Source: Actinomycetota bacterium
GTDB lineage: Bacteria; Actinomycetota; Thermoleophilia; Solirubrobacterales; JACPNS01
Assembly: GCA_016213645.1 (NCBI GenBank)
Contig: JACQZY010000013.1
Span: 347,080-411,079, forward strand
Length of the DNA stretch: 64,000 nt
Direction of reading: 5' to 3'
Both the position numbers and the translations under genes were made by a program. Within the stretch, counting starts at the first letter, position 1. Each line of letters begins with the position of its first letter. Positions 1 to 9,716 of the stretch are shown here, piece after piece. The notes beneath the pieces were generated by a model that was not told the origin of the DNA, did not search any database, and saw only the letters and a program-made list of their open reading frames with translations.

Positions 1-4
1 GGCG

Positions 5-787
5 ATGCCTGGTCTTGGTCATCACGCGAAGCCGCGGACGGCGGCGCACGGCGGCCCGGCGGCACGCACCTCGAACGCGGTCAGTGTCGCGGCGACGGGC
101 GCGCGGGGTTCGGGGCCGTACGGCCCGGCGGTGGGACCAACAGGCCCGACGCACTCTGAACAGGCTCGTTCAAAAGACTCGAGCACCGACACGGACTCAA
201 ACAGCTCACGTCAGGCATCCGACGGACAGCTCGGCGGCAACGGCAGGCGGCCGGTGGACAAGCCGCATCCGCAGTCCGGTGACCGTGGCGAAAATGGCAA
301 AGCCCTCGGCAGGACGGATGGGAGGCCGGAGGGCGAACGTCCGGATAAACCGGCGGGCGGCGGTCCGGGCAACGGCGACGGCTCCGGCAAGAGCGGCGAC
401 CGGGGATCGGGATCGGGCAAAGGTTCCGGTTCCGGTTCGGACTCGGGCAAGAACAAGGGCTCGGGCAAGGGCGGCGGTAACCGTGGCGGGCAAGGTGGCA
501 GTTCAAGCGGCGGCGACCGGGGAGGAAAAGGCGGCGGTAAGGATTCCGGCGGGGGGAATGGCAAGGGTTCGAATGGCGGCGGCTCAGGCTCAGGCGGAAA
601 CGGCTCGGGCTCCAGCGGAAACGGCTCCGGCGGAAACGGCTCCGGCTCCGGCGGTGACCAGTCCACCGGCGCGGGCGAGGCGCCGGCCGACGACACCCAG
701 TCGCAGTCCCAGTCTCAACCTGCCGATTCCGGACAGCAGCAGTCGTCGGGAAACGGCGGCAAGCGGGGCTCCAGAGGCGGCCACTGA
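5..787 (+). CDS. Gly/Ser-rich low-complexity protein, probably the C-terminal part of a gene that starts before the window
   Basis: Open frame with GSG/GNG repeats and a Gln/Ser-rich tail; converges on the ymdB-like gene. Confidence 0.55.
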   Translation: MPGLGHHAKPRTAAHGGPAARTSNAVSVAATGARGSGPYGPAVGPTGPTHSEQARSKDSSTDTDSNSSRQASDGQLGGNGRRPVDKPHPQSGDRGENGKALGRTDGRPEGERPDKPAGGGPGNGDGSGKSGDRGSGSGKGSGSGSDSGKNKGSGKGGGNRGGQGGSSSGGDRGGKGGGKDSGGGNGKGSNGGGSGSGGNGSGSSGNGSGGNGSGSGGDQSTGAGEAPADDTQSQSQSQPADSGQQQSSGNGGKRGSRGGH

Positions 788-830
788 ACGTCGCGAAACG
801 GCCGATGTGAAGGGCGCCACGTAGCGGCGA

Positions 831-1613
831 TTACTCTCCGGCCGGCACGATCAACTGAGTGATGCCCGTCGCGCGCCCGTCGCGCTCGGCGTCCACCAAC
901 ACGCCCATCACGTGTTCGTCGCCGGTGGCACTGTCGAAGCGTTGCGGCATGCCGGTGCGCAGCTTCGTGATGATTGCTTCTTTGACGACGCCGATCACGC
1001 CTGCGCGCGAGCCGGTCATGCCGACGTCGGTGCAGTACGCGGTGCCGCCTTCCAGTACGCGCGCGTCGGCCGTCGGCACGTGCGTGTGCGTTCCCACCAC
1101 GGCCGTTACGCGGCCATCGAGATAAAACCCCGTCATCACCTTCTCGCTGGTCAGCTCGGCGTGCATATCCACCAGCAGCAGATCGCAGTCGTCGCCGATC
1201 TCGCGGATGATGCGGTCCGCGCAATCCCACGGGTTTCCCTCGTGGTCCATGCCGAACTGGCCGATCAAGTTGATCACTCCCAGACGTAGCGTGCCGTCTT
1301 CCACGATCGTCCATCCGCGTCCGGGGTTTCCGGCGTGCTGGTTTGCGGGCCGTACGATCGGTTTGTCGCCGTTTAGGTACGGGTAGATCTCGCGGTGGCG
1401 ATAGGTGTGATTGCCCAGCGTGATCGCGTCGGCGCCGAGCGCGAAGATCTCGTCGGCCGTGGCGGGAGTGATGCCCATGCCACCCGCGGCGTTCTCGCCG
1501 TTGACCACCACGAAGTCCGGTTCGTGTTCGTCGCGCAGGCGCGGCAGGACGGTGGCCAGTGCGCGGCGGCCGGGTTCGGCCACGACGTCACCGATGAAGA
1601 GGATCTTCGGCAC
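831..1613 (-). CDS. ymdB: YmdB/TIGR00282-family metallophosphoesterase
   Basis: Motifs LFIGDVV, NGEN, TLGNH, VDMHAE.TSEK, GTHTHV, TDVGMTG. Confidence 0.93.
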   Translation of the reverse strand: MPKILFIGDVVAEPGRRALATVLPRLRDEHEPDFVVVNGENAAGGMGITPATADEIFALGADAITLGNHTYRHREIYPYLNGDKPIVRPANQHAGNPGRGWTIVEDGTLRLGVINLIGQFGMDHEGNPWDCADRIIREIGDDCDLLLVDMHAELTSEKVMTGFYLDGRVTAVVGTHTHVPTADARVLEGGTAYCTDVGMTGSRAGVIGVVKEAIITKLRTGMPQRFDSATGDEHVMGVLVDAERDGRATGITQLIVPAGE

Positions 1614-1680
1614 TGCGGCAGTGTATGGCGTCGTGCCGCCGATGCGGCCACCGGTGGCGAGTAGCGTAAGCGAATGATAT

Positions 1681-1727
1681 ATAGATTCTATCTTTCTGTT
1701 CGATAGAATGATAGAAACTATCTATCA
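1681..1727 (+). promoter_or_regulatory. AT-rich Fic promoter with repeated palindromic operator-like sites
   Basis: ATAG-N3-CTAT at 1681-1691 and 1711-1721; ATTCTATC/GATAGAAT inverted pair at 1685-1709; TAGAAT -10-like hexamer at 1704-1709. Confidence 0.6.
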
Positions 1728-2918
1728 ATGAGGCAGCCTGTTTACAAGACACCGAAGCTCGAACCGGTCGAGCTAAAGGTCCTCGAATTGATCGATGGCC
1801 TGCGCGTTCAGCTGGACGGTTACGTACATCCGGAACCCCGCCGTTGGTACGGAACGCTCAGGCGAATGTCATTCGCACGAAACGTCCAGGGATCGAACAG
1901 CATTGAGGGTTACGACGCAAGTCTTGACGACGTTGTCGCGGCGGTCGATGACGAACCAACCCTCGGCACCGACGAAGAAACGCGCCTTGCGCTGTCGGGT
2001 TGTCGCGACGCAATGACTTATGTGCTCCACGTGGCGAAGGACCCGGATGCCACGGTGGACGCAGGTTTACTCAAGTCGATGCATTTCATGATGATGAAAC
2101 ACCGGCTCGACAAAGATCCGGGCAGGTGGCGACCGGGCAAAATTTTCGTGGTGCGAGAAGCGACCGGCGAACGGACATACGAAGGTCCGCCACACGAGTT
2201 GGTGCCCGAACTCATTGCCGGCACGATTGAAGAACTCGAAGACAGCCACGACCCAGTTCTGGTGCGGGCCGCGATGGCTCATCTGAACCTCGTAATGGTC
2301 CATCCCTTCCGTGACGGGAATGGGCGGATGGGACGCGCGCTCCAAACGCTGGTGCTTGCTCGCGAAGAAATCCGTGCGCCCGTGTTTTCAAGCATCGAGG
2401 AGTATCTCGGTCGTAACACGCAGTCTTACTACGACGTGCTTGTCGAAGTCGGGCAAGGCGAATGGAGCCCGCGGAACGACGCCCGCCCATGGCTCCGCTA
2501 TTGCCTAACCGCGCATTACCACCAAGCCAGGACCCAGCTAAGGCGAATCCAAGAAACCGAACAGCTCTACGTGGCATGCGCGGAAATCGTCGACAACCAT
2601 GGCCTGCCTGAACGAGCGATAGGCGCACTGGTCGAAGGTGCGTACGGATTACGTCTGACTCATGCTGCCTACAAGCGCATCGTGGGCTTCACGGCCGGCG
2701 AGGAGATTTCGGGCCTGACGGCCAGTCGGGACCTTCGCGCGATGGTCGACGCAAAGCTTCTAAAGCCAATTGGGCAGACTCGCGGGCGCTACTACCTGGG
2801 CGCCGATTCCGTGATCGCCGAACGGCGACGCATCCAAGTCACTCGCAAGCCCAAAGAAACCAGCAATCCGTTTGAAATTGCCACGGCCCAGCTTCGGCGA
2901 CCTGTGGCCAACGGGTGA
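1728..2918 (+). CDS. Fic family protein with autoinhibitory motif and probable C-terminal winged helix
   Basis: Fic motif HPFRDGNGRMGR; N-terminal SNSIEG (S/T)xxxE(G/N) motif; C-terminal TASRDLRAMV...GQTRGRYY. Confidence 0.92.
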   Translation: MRQPVYKTPKLEPVELKVLELIDGLRVQLDGYVHPEPRRWYGTLRRMSFARNVQGSNSIEGYDASLDDVVAAVDDEPTLGTDEETRLALSGCRDAMTYVLHVAKDPDATVDAGLLKSMHFMMMKHRLDKDPGRWRPGKIFVVREATGERTYEGPPHELVPELIAGTIEELEDSHDPVLVRAAMAHLNLVMVHPFRDGNGRMGRALQTLVLAREEIRAPVFSSIEEYLGRNTQSYYDVLVEVGQGEWSPRNDARPWLRYCLTAHYHQARTQLRRIQETEQLYVACAEIVDNHGLPERAIGALVEGAYGLRLTHAAYKRIVGFTAGEEISGLTASRDLRAMVDAKLLKPIGQTRGRYYLGADSVIAERRRIQVTRKPKETSNPFEIATAQLRRPVANG

Positions 2919-3038
2919 TCTGGCGCCGTCCGGCCTCTGATTGCACCGGGTCGCCGATCACACTCACGTCAAAGGGGTCGGATCGAAACTGACCGAACCC
3001 GGCCACCGCCGTGCCCGGCCGTAGTTATGCTGGCGGCC

Positions 3039-3773
3039 ATGTCCGTGCTCGAAGGCCGCTCGCTGATCAGGCGTTACGACGATCTCGTCGCGCTCAACGC
3101 GGTGTCGTTCGCGCTCGACGCCGGTGAGCGGATCGCGATCGCCGGGCCGAACGGTTCGGGCAAAACCACGCTGCTCTCCGTGCTTGCGGGAGTGCAGACG
3201 CCCGATGGCGGCGAGGTGGACCGGCACGGATCGCGGCTGGGTTGGGTTCCGCAGCGCGCGGCCGTTTACGGCAAGTTGACCGTGCGCGAAAACCTGCGCC
3301 TGTTTGCCCGGCTCGAAGGTGTGGACGATGTGGACGCGGCGGTCGACCGCATGCTTGCGCGCATCGCGCTCGCGGACCGCGCGGACGCGCGAGCCGAGGA
3401 GCTTTCGGGCGGCATGCGCCAGCGGCTGAGCATCGGCGTCGGCCTGATCAGCGATCCCGTCGTGCTGCTGCTGGACGAACCGACGGCGGCGCTCGACCAA
3501 CTACAGCGCGAGCGGCTCTGGGAGTTGCTCGACCAGCTCGCGGCGCAGGGCATCGCGATCGTTTTCTCCACGCACGCGGCAAACGAGGTGGAAGGTCACG
3601 CGTCTCGTGTGATCGTGCTCGACGGCGGTGAATTGCTCTACGACGGCCCGCCCGCGCAGTTGGGATCGGAATCGCATTTCGAGGCGTCCTTCATCAACTT
3701 CCTGCGCGCGCGGCGCGGCGAGGACTTTGTCGTCGCGCCGGGGCGAGACGACGCCGGAGGGGGCCCGGCATGA
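3039..3773 (+). CDS. ABC transporter ATP-binding protein
   Basis: Walker A GPNGSGKT, signature LSGGM, Walker B LLLDEP; start chosen after TATGCT. Confidence 0.92.
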   Translation: MSVLEGRSLIRRYDDLVALNAVSFALDAGERIAIAGPNGSGKTTLLSVLAGVQTPDGGEVDRHGSRLGWVPQRAAVYGKLTVRENLRLFARLEGVDDVDAAVDRMLARIALADRADARAEELSGGMRQRLSIGVGLISDPVVLLLDEPTAALDQLQRERLWELLDQLAAQGIAIVFSTHAANEVEGHASRVIVLDGGELLYDGPPAQLGSESHFEASFINFLRARRGEDFVVAPGRDDAGGGPA

Positions 3774-5107
3774 AGCTGCGGTTTCTGCTCGCCAAGGACC
3801 TCAAGCTGCTGCGCCGCACACCGTCGGTGGCCGTCCTGCTGGCGCTTTACCCGGCGCTGGTGGCGGTGCTGATCGGTCTCGCCGTCGGCCGCCCGCCCGC
3901 CAAACCGCGCGTCGCGATCGTCAACCAGGTGCCGGCCGGCGAGCGCACCCTGCTGGTCGGCGGCAAGAAGTTCGATCTCGACAAGCTGATCCGGTCGGTC
4001 TACAAGAACGTTGACGGCTACGACGTAAAGAGCCGTTTGGCGGCGGTGGAAGAGGTGCGCTCCGGCGACGCCGTTGCGGCGATCGTGATTCCGCACGACA
4101 TCATCGACCAACTTGAGTCACCACTGGCGCAGGGACGGATCGAGGCGATCTTCGACGCCTCCGATCCGGTCCGGCGAAGTTACGTGGAGACCACGATCAA
4201 GGGCCTTCTGGTGGACACCAACCAGGAGCTCACCAAGCGCTTCAGCGGCGTCGCGCTGGACTATATGGACCTGATCGTGAAGGGTGGAAAGATCACCGTT
4301 GGTACGCGCTCGATAGAACTGCTCGGTCTCAAGGGCGGCGAAAAGCTGTTGCCGAGAATTCTGCCGTACGTGCCGCCGTCGCAGCGCGCCGAACTGGCCA
4401 GGCTCGGCGAGTCTTTCCGGCTCGCGCGGATCGGCTCGCGCTACAGCGACGATTTGCTCAATCGCGTGGGCGAACCGATCAAGCTGAAGCAAAAGCCGAT
4501 CGGCACCAGCTCATCACTTCCGTCATTGGCGGTCGCCGTGGCGGTCTGCGTCTCGGCGATGTTCGTGGCGTTGCTGCTCGGCGCCGGCATGCTGGCCTAC
4601 GAACAAGAAGACCAGATGCTCCAGCGCCTGCTGCGGGGACTGGTCTCACGGCGCGTGGTCGTGGCCGAGAAGATTCTGCTCGCCGCGATCTGCGCGCTGG
4701 TCGTGGGCACGGTGATGGTGCTCGCGTTTGGCTTCTTCATCGACATCCGCTGGCAGCGCGCCTACGCCTGGTGGCCCGCGATCGTGGGAGCCTCGCTCGC
4801 CTTCGGCGCGGCGGGCGTGGCGATCGGCGCGGCCAGCGGGGACGTGCGCGCCGCGTCGCTGGCGTCCTTCATGCTCGGCCTGCCGTTGGCCGCCGCCGCG
4901 CTGGTGCCGGAAGGCGCGATAACCGACTCGGTCTACAGCCTTTTACAGGCGGTCAACTCGCTGTTCCCGTTCAAGCCCGCGCTCGAACTCGTACGCGCCG
5001 GCCTTGCCCCGGGCCGCGAGGCGCTGGTGCCGGGGCTGCACCTGCTTGCGCTGGTGGCTGCCTACGGTGCGCTGGCGAGCTTCGCTGTGAAGCGCCGCGC
5101 CACGTAG
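3770..5107 (+). CDS. ABC-2 type exporter permease
   Basis: N-terminal TM, extracytoplasmic domain, several C-terminal TMs; ATGA overlap with the ATPase gene. Confidence 0.85.
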   Translation: MKLRFLLAKDLKLLRRTPSVAVLLALYPALVAVLIGLAVGRPPAKPRVAIVNQVPAGERTLLVGGKKFDLDKLIRSVYKNVDGYDVKSRLAAVEEVRSGDAVAAIVIPHDIIDQLESPLAQGRIEAIFDASDPVRRSYVETTIKGLLVDTNQELTKRFSGVALDYMDLIVKGGKITVGTRSIELLGLKGGEKLLPRILPYVPPSQRAELARLGESFRLARIGSRYSDDLLNRVGEPIKLKQKPIGTSSSLPSLAVAVAVCVSAMFVALLLGAGMLAYEQEDQMLQRLLRGLVSRRVVVAEKILLAAICALVVGTVMVLAFGFFIDIRWQRAYAWWPAIVGASLAFGAAGVAIGAASGDVRAASLASFMLGLPLAAAALVPEGAITDSVYSLLQAVNSLFPFKPALELVRAGLAPGREALVPGLHLLALVAAYGALASFAVKRRAT

Positions 5108-5172
5108 CGCGAGGCCGTGCCGCCGTCGGCCTTTTCGCCTGTTTGCGAAGCCGCGCCCGGTACCTTTCAAGC

Positions 5173-6162
5173 ATGGCCTTTCCAGCCACTCGCCTGCGGC
5201 GCCTGCGCAAAACCCGTGGTATCCGCGATCTTGTGCGCGAGAGCCACGTCTCTCCCGCGCATCTGGTGCAGCCAATGTTCGTGCTGCCCGGTGACTCTCG
5301 CGAAGAACCGGTGGCCTCGATGCCGGGCGTCAGTCGGCTCAGCGTCGACAGAGCGGTCGCCGAGGCGCAACATCTTCACGAACTCGGAATTTCCGCCGTG
5401 CTGCTGTTCGGTCTGCCGGAGGACAAGGACGAAACCGGTTCCGGCGCCTGGGACGCCGACGGCGCAGTTCAGCGGGCCGTTGCCGCCATCAAAGCCGAAA
5501 CGCCGGCACTGACGGTGATCACCGACGTTTGTCTCTGCGCCTACACCTCGCACGGGCACTGCGGCGTGCTCGACCGCCAGGGCGACGTGGACAACGACGA
5601 AACACTCGAACTACTCGCCCGTACGGCGATCTCCCACGCGGCAGCGGGAGCCGACGCGGTGGCTCCCAGCGACATGATGGACGGACGCGTCGGTGCGCTA
5701 CGCGCCGCGCTCGATGAAGACGATTTTCCCAACACGGCGATCGTCGCCTACAGCGCCAAGTTCGCCAGCGCCTTCTACGGGCCGTTTCGTGACGCCGCCG
5801 ACTCCGCTCCCGCCTCCGGGCCCGGCGTGGCCGAAGATCGTCGCGGTTACCAGATGGACCCGGCCAACGCGCGCGAGGCCGTGCGCGAGGCGCAGCTCGA
5901 CGTGGAGGAGGGAGCGGACATCGTGATGGTCAAACCCGGCCTTCCATATCTGGACGTGATCCGCCGTGTGCGGGACGCCGTTGACACGCCGGTCGCGGCC
6001 TACAACGTCAGCGGTGAGTACGCGATGGTCAAGGCAGCCGCCGCCGCTGGCTATCTTGATGAGCGTGCTGCCGTAACGGAGACGCTGCTTTCGTTGCGGC
6101 GCGCGGGCGCGGACATCATCGTGACTTACCACGCCAAGGACTTCGCCACGTGGAACCAGTGA
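5173..6162 (+). CDS. hemB: Porphobilinogen synthase (Zn-type)
   Basis: RLRRLR N-terminus, DVCLCAYTSHGHCG, SDMMDGR, MVKP, AYNVSGEY. Confidence 0.97.
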   Translation: MAFPATRLRRLRKTRGIRDLVRESHVSPAHLVQPMFVLPGDSREEPVASMPGVSRLSVDRAVAEAQHLHELGISAVLLFGLPEDKDETGSGAWDADGAVQRAVAAIKAETPALTVITDVCLCAYTSHGHCGVLDRQGDVDNDETLELLARTAISHAAAGADAVAPSDMMDGRVGALRAALDEDDFPNTAIVAYSAKFASAFYGPFRDAADSAPASGPGVAEDRRGYQMDPANAREAVREAQLDVEEGADIVMVKPGLPYLDVIRRVRDAVDTPVAAYNVSGEYAMVKAAAAAGYLDERAAVTETLLSLRRAGADIIVTYHAKDFATWNQ

Positions 6163-7277
6163 CTTCACAATCCCAAGCCAAGGACGGCATCACCGCTCCC
6201 CCGGAAAGCGGATCCGGCCAGCCGAAGACGCGCGAGCGCAAGCTCGGCGCGGCGATCCCCTTGGATGAACGCGACAAGCGGTTGCTGAACGTATTGCAGA
6301 GCGAGTTTCCGCTGGACCCCGAGCCGTTCAAGCTTGTCGCGCAAAAGCTCGAAGCTCCGCTGGATTGGGTGCTCGCCCGCACCCAAACCCTGCTCGACGA
6401 GCGCATCATCCGCGAGATCACCCCGATCTTCGACACCCGTACGCTTGGTTATGAGTCGATGTTGGTGGCCGCGCGCGTCGATCCCGAAAATCCGCATCGC
6501 GCCGCCAAGGTCATCAACGCGCACCCGGGCGTAAGTCACAACTACCTGCGTAATCACGAGTTCAACATGTGGTTCACGATCGCCACGCCACCCGATTCCA
6601 AGCTTGGCCTGGAGCGCACCCTGGAAGTGCTCGCCAAGGAGTGCGGCGCCACCAGCGTGCGTCAGTTGCCCACGCTCAAGCTCTTCAAGATCAACATGAA
6701 CCTGGAGATGGAAAAAGGCACGGAGACGCTGGCCGCGCCCGGCGGCGAGAGCAAAGAGCGAGCGCTCGTCCCGACGCCGCTGAGTGATCGCGACTACGCC
6801 GTGATCCGCAATCTCCAGGGTCCGATGCAAGCGATCCCACGCCCTTACGACGCGGCCGCCGAGGCCTGCGCAATCTCCACGCAAGAGCTGCTGGACCACC
6901 TTCAGAACATGATCGATCGTGGCCTGTTGCGTCGCGTCGCGGCGATCCTCTTCCACCGTCGCGCCGGCTTCAGCGCCAACGGTATGGGCGTCTGGAAGGT
7001 GCCCGAGGATCAGGTGGAGACGATCGGCGCGCAGATGGCCGCGTTCCGCGGAGTCTCACATTGCTACCAACGCCCCACCTACGAGGACTGGCCTTACAAC
7101 GTTTTCACGATGGCCCACGGCCGCTCGAAGGAGGAGTGCGACGCGATTCTCGACGAGATCGCCGAGCAGACCGGTGTTCACGAGCGTTCCACGCTCTACT
7201 CCTCAACCGAATTCAAGAAGATTCGCCTGCGCTATTTCACACCCGATTACGCCGAGTGGGAGGCGTCGCGTCTGTGA
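6159..7277 (+). CDS. Siroheme decarboxylase, fused AhbA-AhbB (NirDL/GH-like, Lrp/AsnC fold)
   Basis: Two tandem halves with VSHNYLR and VSHCYQR motifs; lies between hemB and hemL. Confidence 0.85.
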   Translation: MTSQSQAKDGITAPPESGSGQPKTRERKLGAAIPLDERDKRLLNVLQSEFPLDPEPFKLVAQKLEAPLDWVLARTQTLLDERIIREITPIFDTRTLGYESMLVAARVDPENPHRAAKVINAHPGVSHNYLRNHEFNMWFTIATPPDSKLGLERTLEVLAKECGATSVRQLPTLKLFKINMNLEMEKGTETLAAPGGESKERALVPTPLSDRDYAVIRNLQGPMQAIPRPYDAAAEACAISTQELLDHLQNMIDRGLLRRVAAILFHRRAGFSANGMGVWKVPEDQVETIGAQMAAFRGVSHCYQRPTYEDWPYNVFTMAHGRSKEECDAILDEIAEQTGVHERSTLYSSTEFKKIRLRYFTPDYAEWEASRL

Positions 7278-7299
7278 CCGGGGCATCGGGGGGCGTCGC

Positions 7300-8610
7300 G
7301 TGAGCCGCACGTCTCACACGCACACCACCACTCGCTCGGCCGAGCTTTACTCGCGTGCCACGAATGTGCTGCCCGGCGGCGTCAATTCGCCGGTTCGCGC
7401 GATGCGCCAGATCGGCCGCGATCCGGTCTTTGTCGAAAGCGCGAAGGGTTGTGAACTCACAGATGTGGACGGCAACGTCTATCTGGACTACGTCTGCTCA
7501 TGGGGACCACTGATTCTCGGGCATGCCGTCGCCGGTGTCGTGGCCGCTGTGCAAGATGCCGCCGCGCGTGGCACTTCGTACGGCGCGCCGACTCCCTCGG
7601 AAGTGGAGCTGGCCGAGCTGATCGCAGAGCGCGTGCCCGGCATCGAGATGGTGCGCATGACCTCGTCCGGCACTGAGGCCGGAATGTCCGCCGTTCGCTT
7701 GGCGCGAGCCGCCACCGGCCGTGACAAGATTCTGAAGTTCGCGGGCGCCTACCACGGCCACAGCGACGCGCTGCTCGTGGACGCCGGTTCGGGTGTGGCC
7801 ACGCTGGCCGTCCCCGGCAGCCCCGGCGTGACGGCCGGTGCGGCCGCCGACACGATCGTTGTGGAGTGGAACGACGCCGACGCGCTGCGCGCGGCCGTCG
7901 CGAGTCACAAATTCGCCGCGCTTTTTGCCGAGCCCGCCGCCGCCAACATGGGCCTGGTGCCCGCCGCCCCCGGTTTTCTGGAACTGCTGCGCGAACTAGC
8001 CACCGCGAACGGCGCATTGCTTGTGTTTGACGAGGTGATCAGCGGATTCCGCGTGGCCCCCGGCGGCGTCCAGCAGACCAGCGGAGTTACGCCCGATCTG
8101 ACCGTGCTGGGCAAGATCGTCGGCGGCGGACTGCCGGCCGCCGCCTACGCCGGCCCGCGCGAGTTGATGAACAAGATCGCGCCTGCCGGAGACGTCTATC
8201 AGGCCGGCACGCTGTCAGGTAATCCACTGGCGATGGCGGCCGGGCTGGCGACGCTGCAACGGCTTGACGATGCCGCCTACACGCAGCTCGCCGACACGAC
8301 CGCCAAGCTCGCCGCCGGACTAACCGCGGCCGCCGCAGAGGCCGGTGTGAACGCGTGCGTCGTTCACGAGTGCGGCCTGCTTACGGTCTTTTTCGCGGAC
8401 GGCGCGCCGCGCAATTTCACGGAGGCGCGCGCCTGCGACCTGGACGCCCACGCCGCATGGTGTCGCGCGCTTTTGGACCGTGGTGTGTACGCGCCGCCGT
8501 CGCAGTTCGAGGCCTGGTTTCCGTCGCTCGCGCACGGCGGCGACGCGATCGATCGCACGCTCACGGCCGCAGCCGCGGCCTTCACGGAAGTCGCGGAGGT
8601 GACGGTATGA
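7300..8610 (+). CDS. hemL: Glutamate-1-semialdehyde 2,1-aminomutase
   Basis: PGGVNSPVRA, SSGTEA, FDEVISGFR, GKIVGGGLP, YQAGTLSGNP, PSQFEAWF. Confidence 0.97.
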   Translation: MSRTSHTHTTTRSAELYSRATNVLPGGVNSPVRAMRQIGRDPVFVESAKGCELTDVDGNVYLDYVCSWGPLILGHAVAGVVAAVQDAAARGTSYGAPTPSEVELAELIAERVPGIEMVRMTSSGTEAGMSAVRLARAATGRDKILKFAGAYHGHSDALLVDAGSGVATLAVPGSPGVTAGAAADTIVVEWNDADALRAAVASHKFAALFAEPAAANMGLVPAAPGFLELLRELATANGALLVFDEVISGFRVAPGGVQQTSGVTPDLTVLGKIVGGGLPAAAYAGPRELMNKIAPAGDVYQAGTLSGNPLAMAAGLATLQRLDDAAYTQLADTTAKLAAGLTAAAAEAGVNACVVHECGLLTVFFADGAPRNFTEARACDLDAHAAWCRALLDRGVYAPPSQFEAWFPSLAHGGDAIDRTLTAAAAAFTEVAEVTV

Positions 8611-9038
8611 ACGACAACAACGAAGGCCGCAACGGTGGCGCTCCCCTGCACCCCGAATGGGAGGAACTGCTGCCCGACGAGATCCTCGTCTCCGGCAATC
8701 GCAAGCCGGGCTACGCGGACGACCTCGTTAATGCCCCCTCGCTGCGTGTGGCGGCCGCGCAGATCATTCGCGAGGGCTATCTGCTGCATTACGGACGGTC
8801 TCGCTGGTACGACTTCGCTGAGCCGGACATGGCGTTGTTGGCGGGCGATCGCATGTACTCGGCCGGCCTGATTGTGCTGTCCGCCGAGCGTGACATCGAG
8901 GCCGTCGTGGCGATGGCCGACGTGATCGGTGGATGCGCCGAGGCCCAGGCGCTCGGCGATCCACAGCGCGCCGACGATCTCTGGACCTCCACATTGGCTA
9001 TGCTTGCCCGCGGTCCGGCCGCCGACGGTACGGACTGA
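8607..9038 (+). CDS. Small helical protein resembling a degenerate trans-prenyltransferase
   Basis: ATGA overlap with hemL; EGYLLHYG and ALLAGD segments align by eye with IPPS motifs. Confidence 0.65.
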   Translation: MNDNNEGRNGGAPLHPEWEELLPDEILVSGNRKPGYADDLVNAPSLRVAAAQIIREGYLLHYGRSRWYDFAEPDMALLAGDRMYSAGLIVLSAERDIEAVVAMADVIGGCAEAQALGDPQRADDLWTSTLAMLARGPAADGTD

Positions 9039-9059
9039 CGGACTATTTCACAGCGCAAG

Positions 9060-9707
9060 ATGCCCTCGGAAACCGACAAGAAGAAGAGCAAGTACACCGC
9101 CGACCGCGGCTGGCCCGGCGCCTTTGAAGGCGAGACGCTCACGCGCCGTGGCTTCATGACGGGTGTCGCGATGGGTGCAGGCGGCGTCGCCTCGGCGATG
9201 TTCGGCCTGCCGGCGCTGGGTTTTGCGCTCGGTCCAATCTTCTCGAAGACCGAGCACCGCGCCCTCCTGGACGTCGGCTCGACCGACGATTTCGACGGCG
9301 AAACCTACGTGCCGGTCGTGATCACGACCACGGCGGGTATCGGCCAGGCCGGTAAGACCTTGCTCTACATCCGCGAAAACAGTAAGCCCACCAAGAAGCA
9401 GCCGTGGCCCTACGTGGCGATCTCCACCCGCTGCGCGCACTTGGGCTGCCCGGTTCGCTACATCGAGGCCGCGCGTTCCTTCATTTGCCCGTGCCACGGC
9501 GGTACCTACGATTTCGAGGGCGGCGTCACCGGCGGTCCGCCGGTCCGCCCGCTCGACCGCTTCACGACCGTCGTCAAGAACGGCCGCGTCTACGTGGGCG
9601 AGCGCTTCAGTGTGAACTCTCAACTTGAGCGTGTGTCCACCCGCGACGCCGGTGAGCACGTTGACGGCCTCTGGCAGATCCTCTACCCGCCGCGGCCCAC
9701 CACTTAG
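9060..9707 (+). CDS. qcrA: Rieske Fe-S subunit of menaquinol:cytochrome c reductase
   Basis: Tat-type TRRGFM anchor; CAHLGC and CPCHGG boxes. Confidence 0.95.
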   Translation: MPSETDKKKSKYTADRGWPGAFEGETLTRRGFMTGVAMGAGGVASAMFGLPALGFALGPIFSKTEHRALLDVGSTDDFDGETYVPVVITTTAGIGQAGKTLLYIRENSKPTKKQPWPYVAISTRCAHLGCPVRYIEAARSFICPCHGGTYDFEGGVTGGPPVRPLDRFTTVVKNGRVYVGERFSVNSQLERVSTRDAGEHVDGLWQILYPPRPTT

Positions 9708-9716
9708 GACTGAGCG

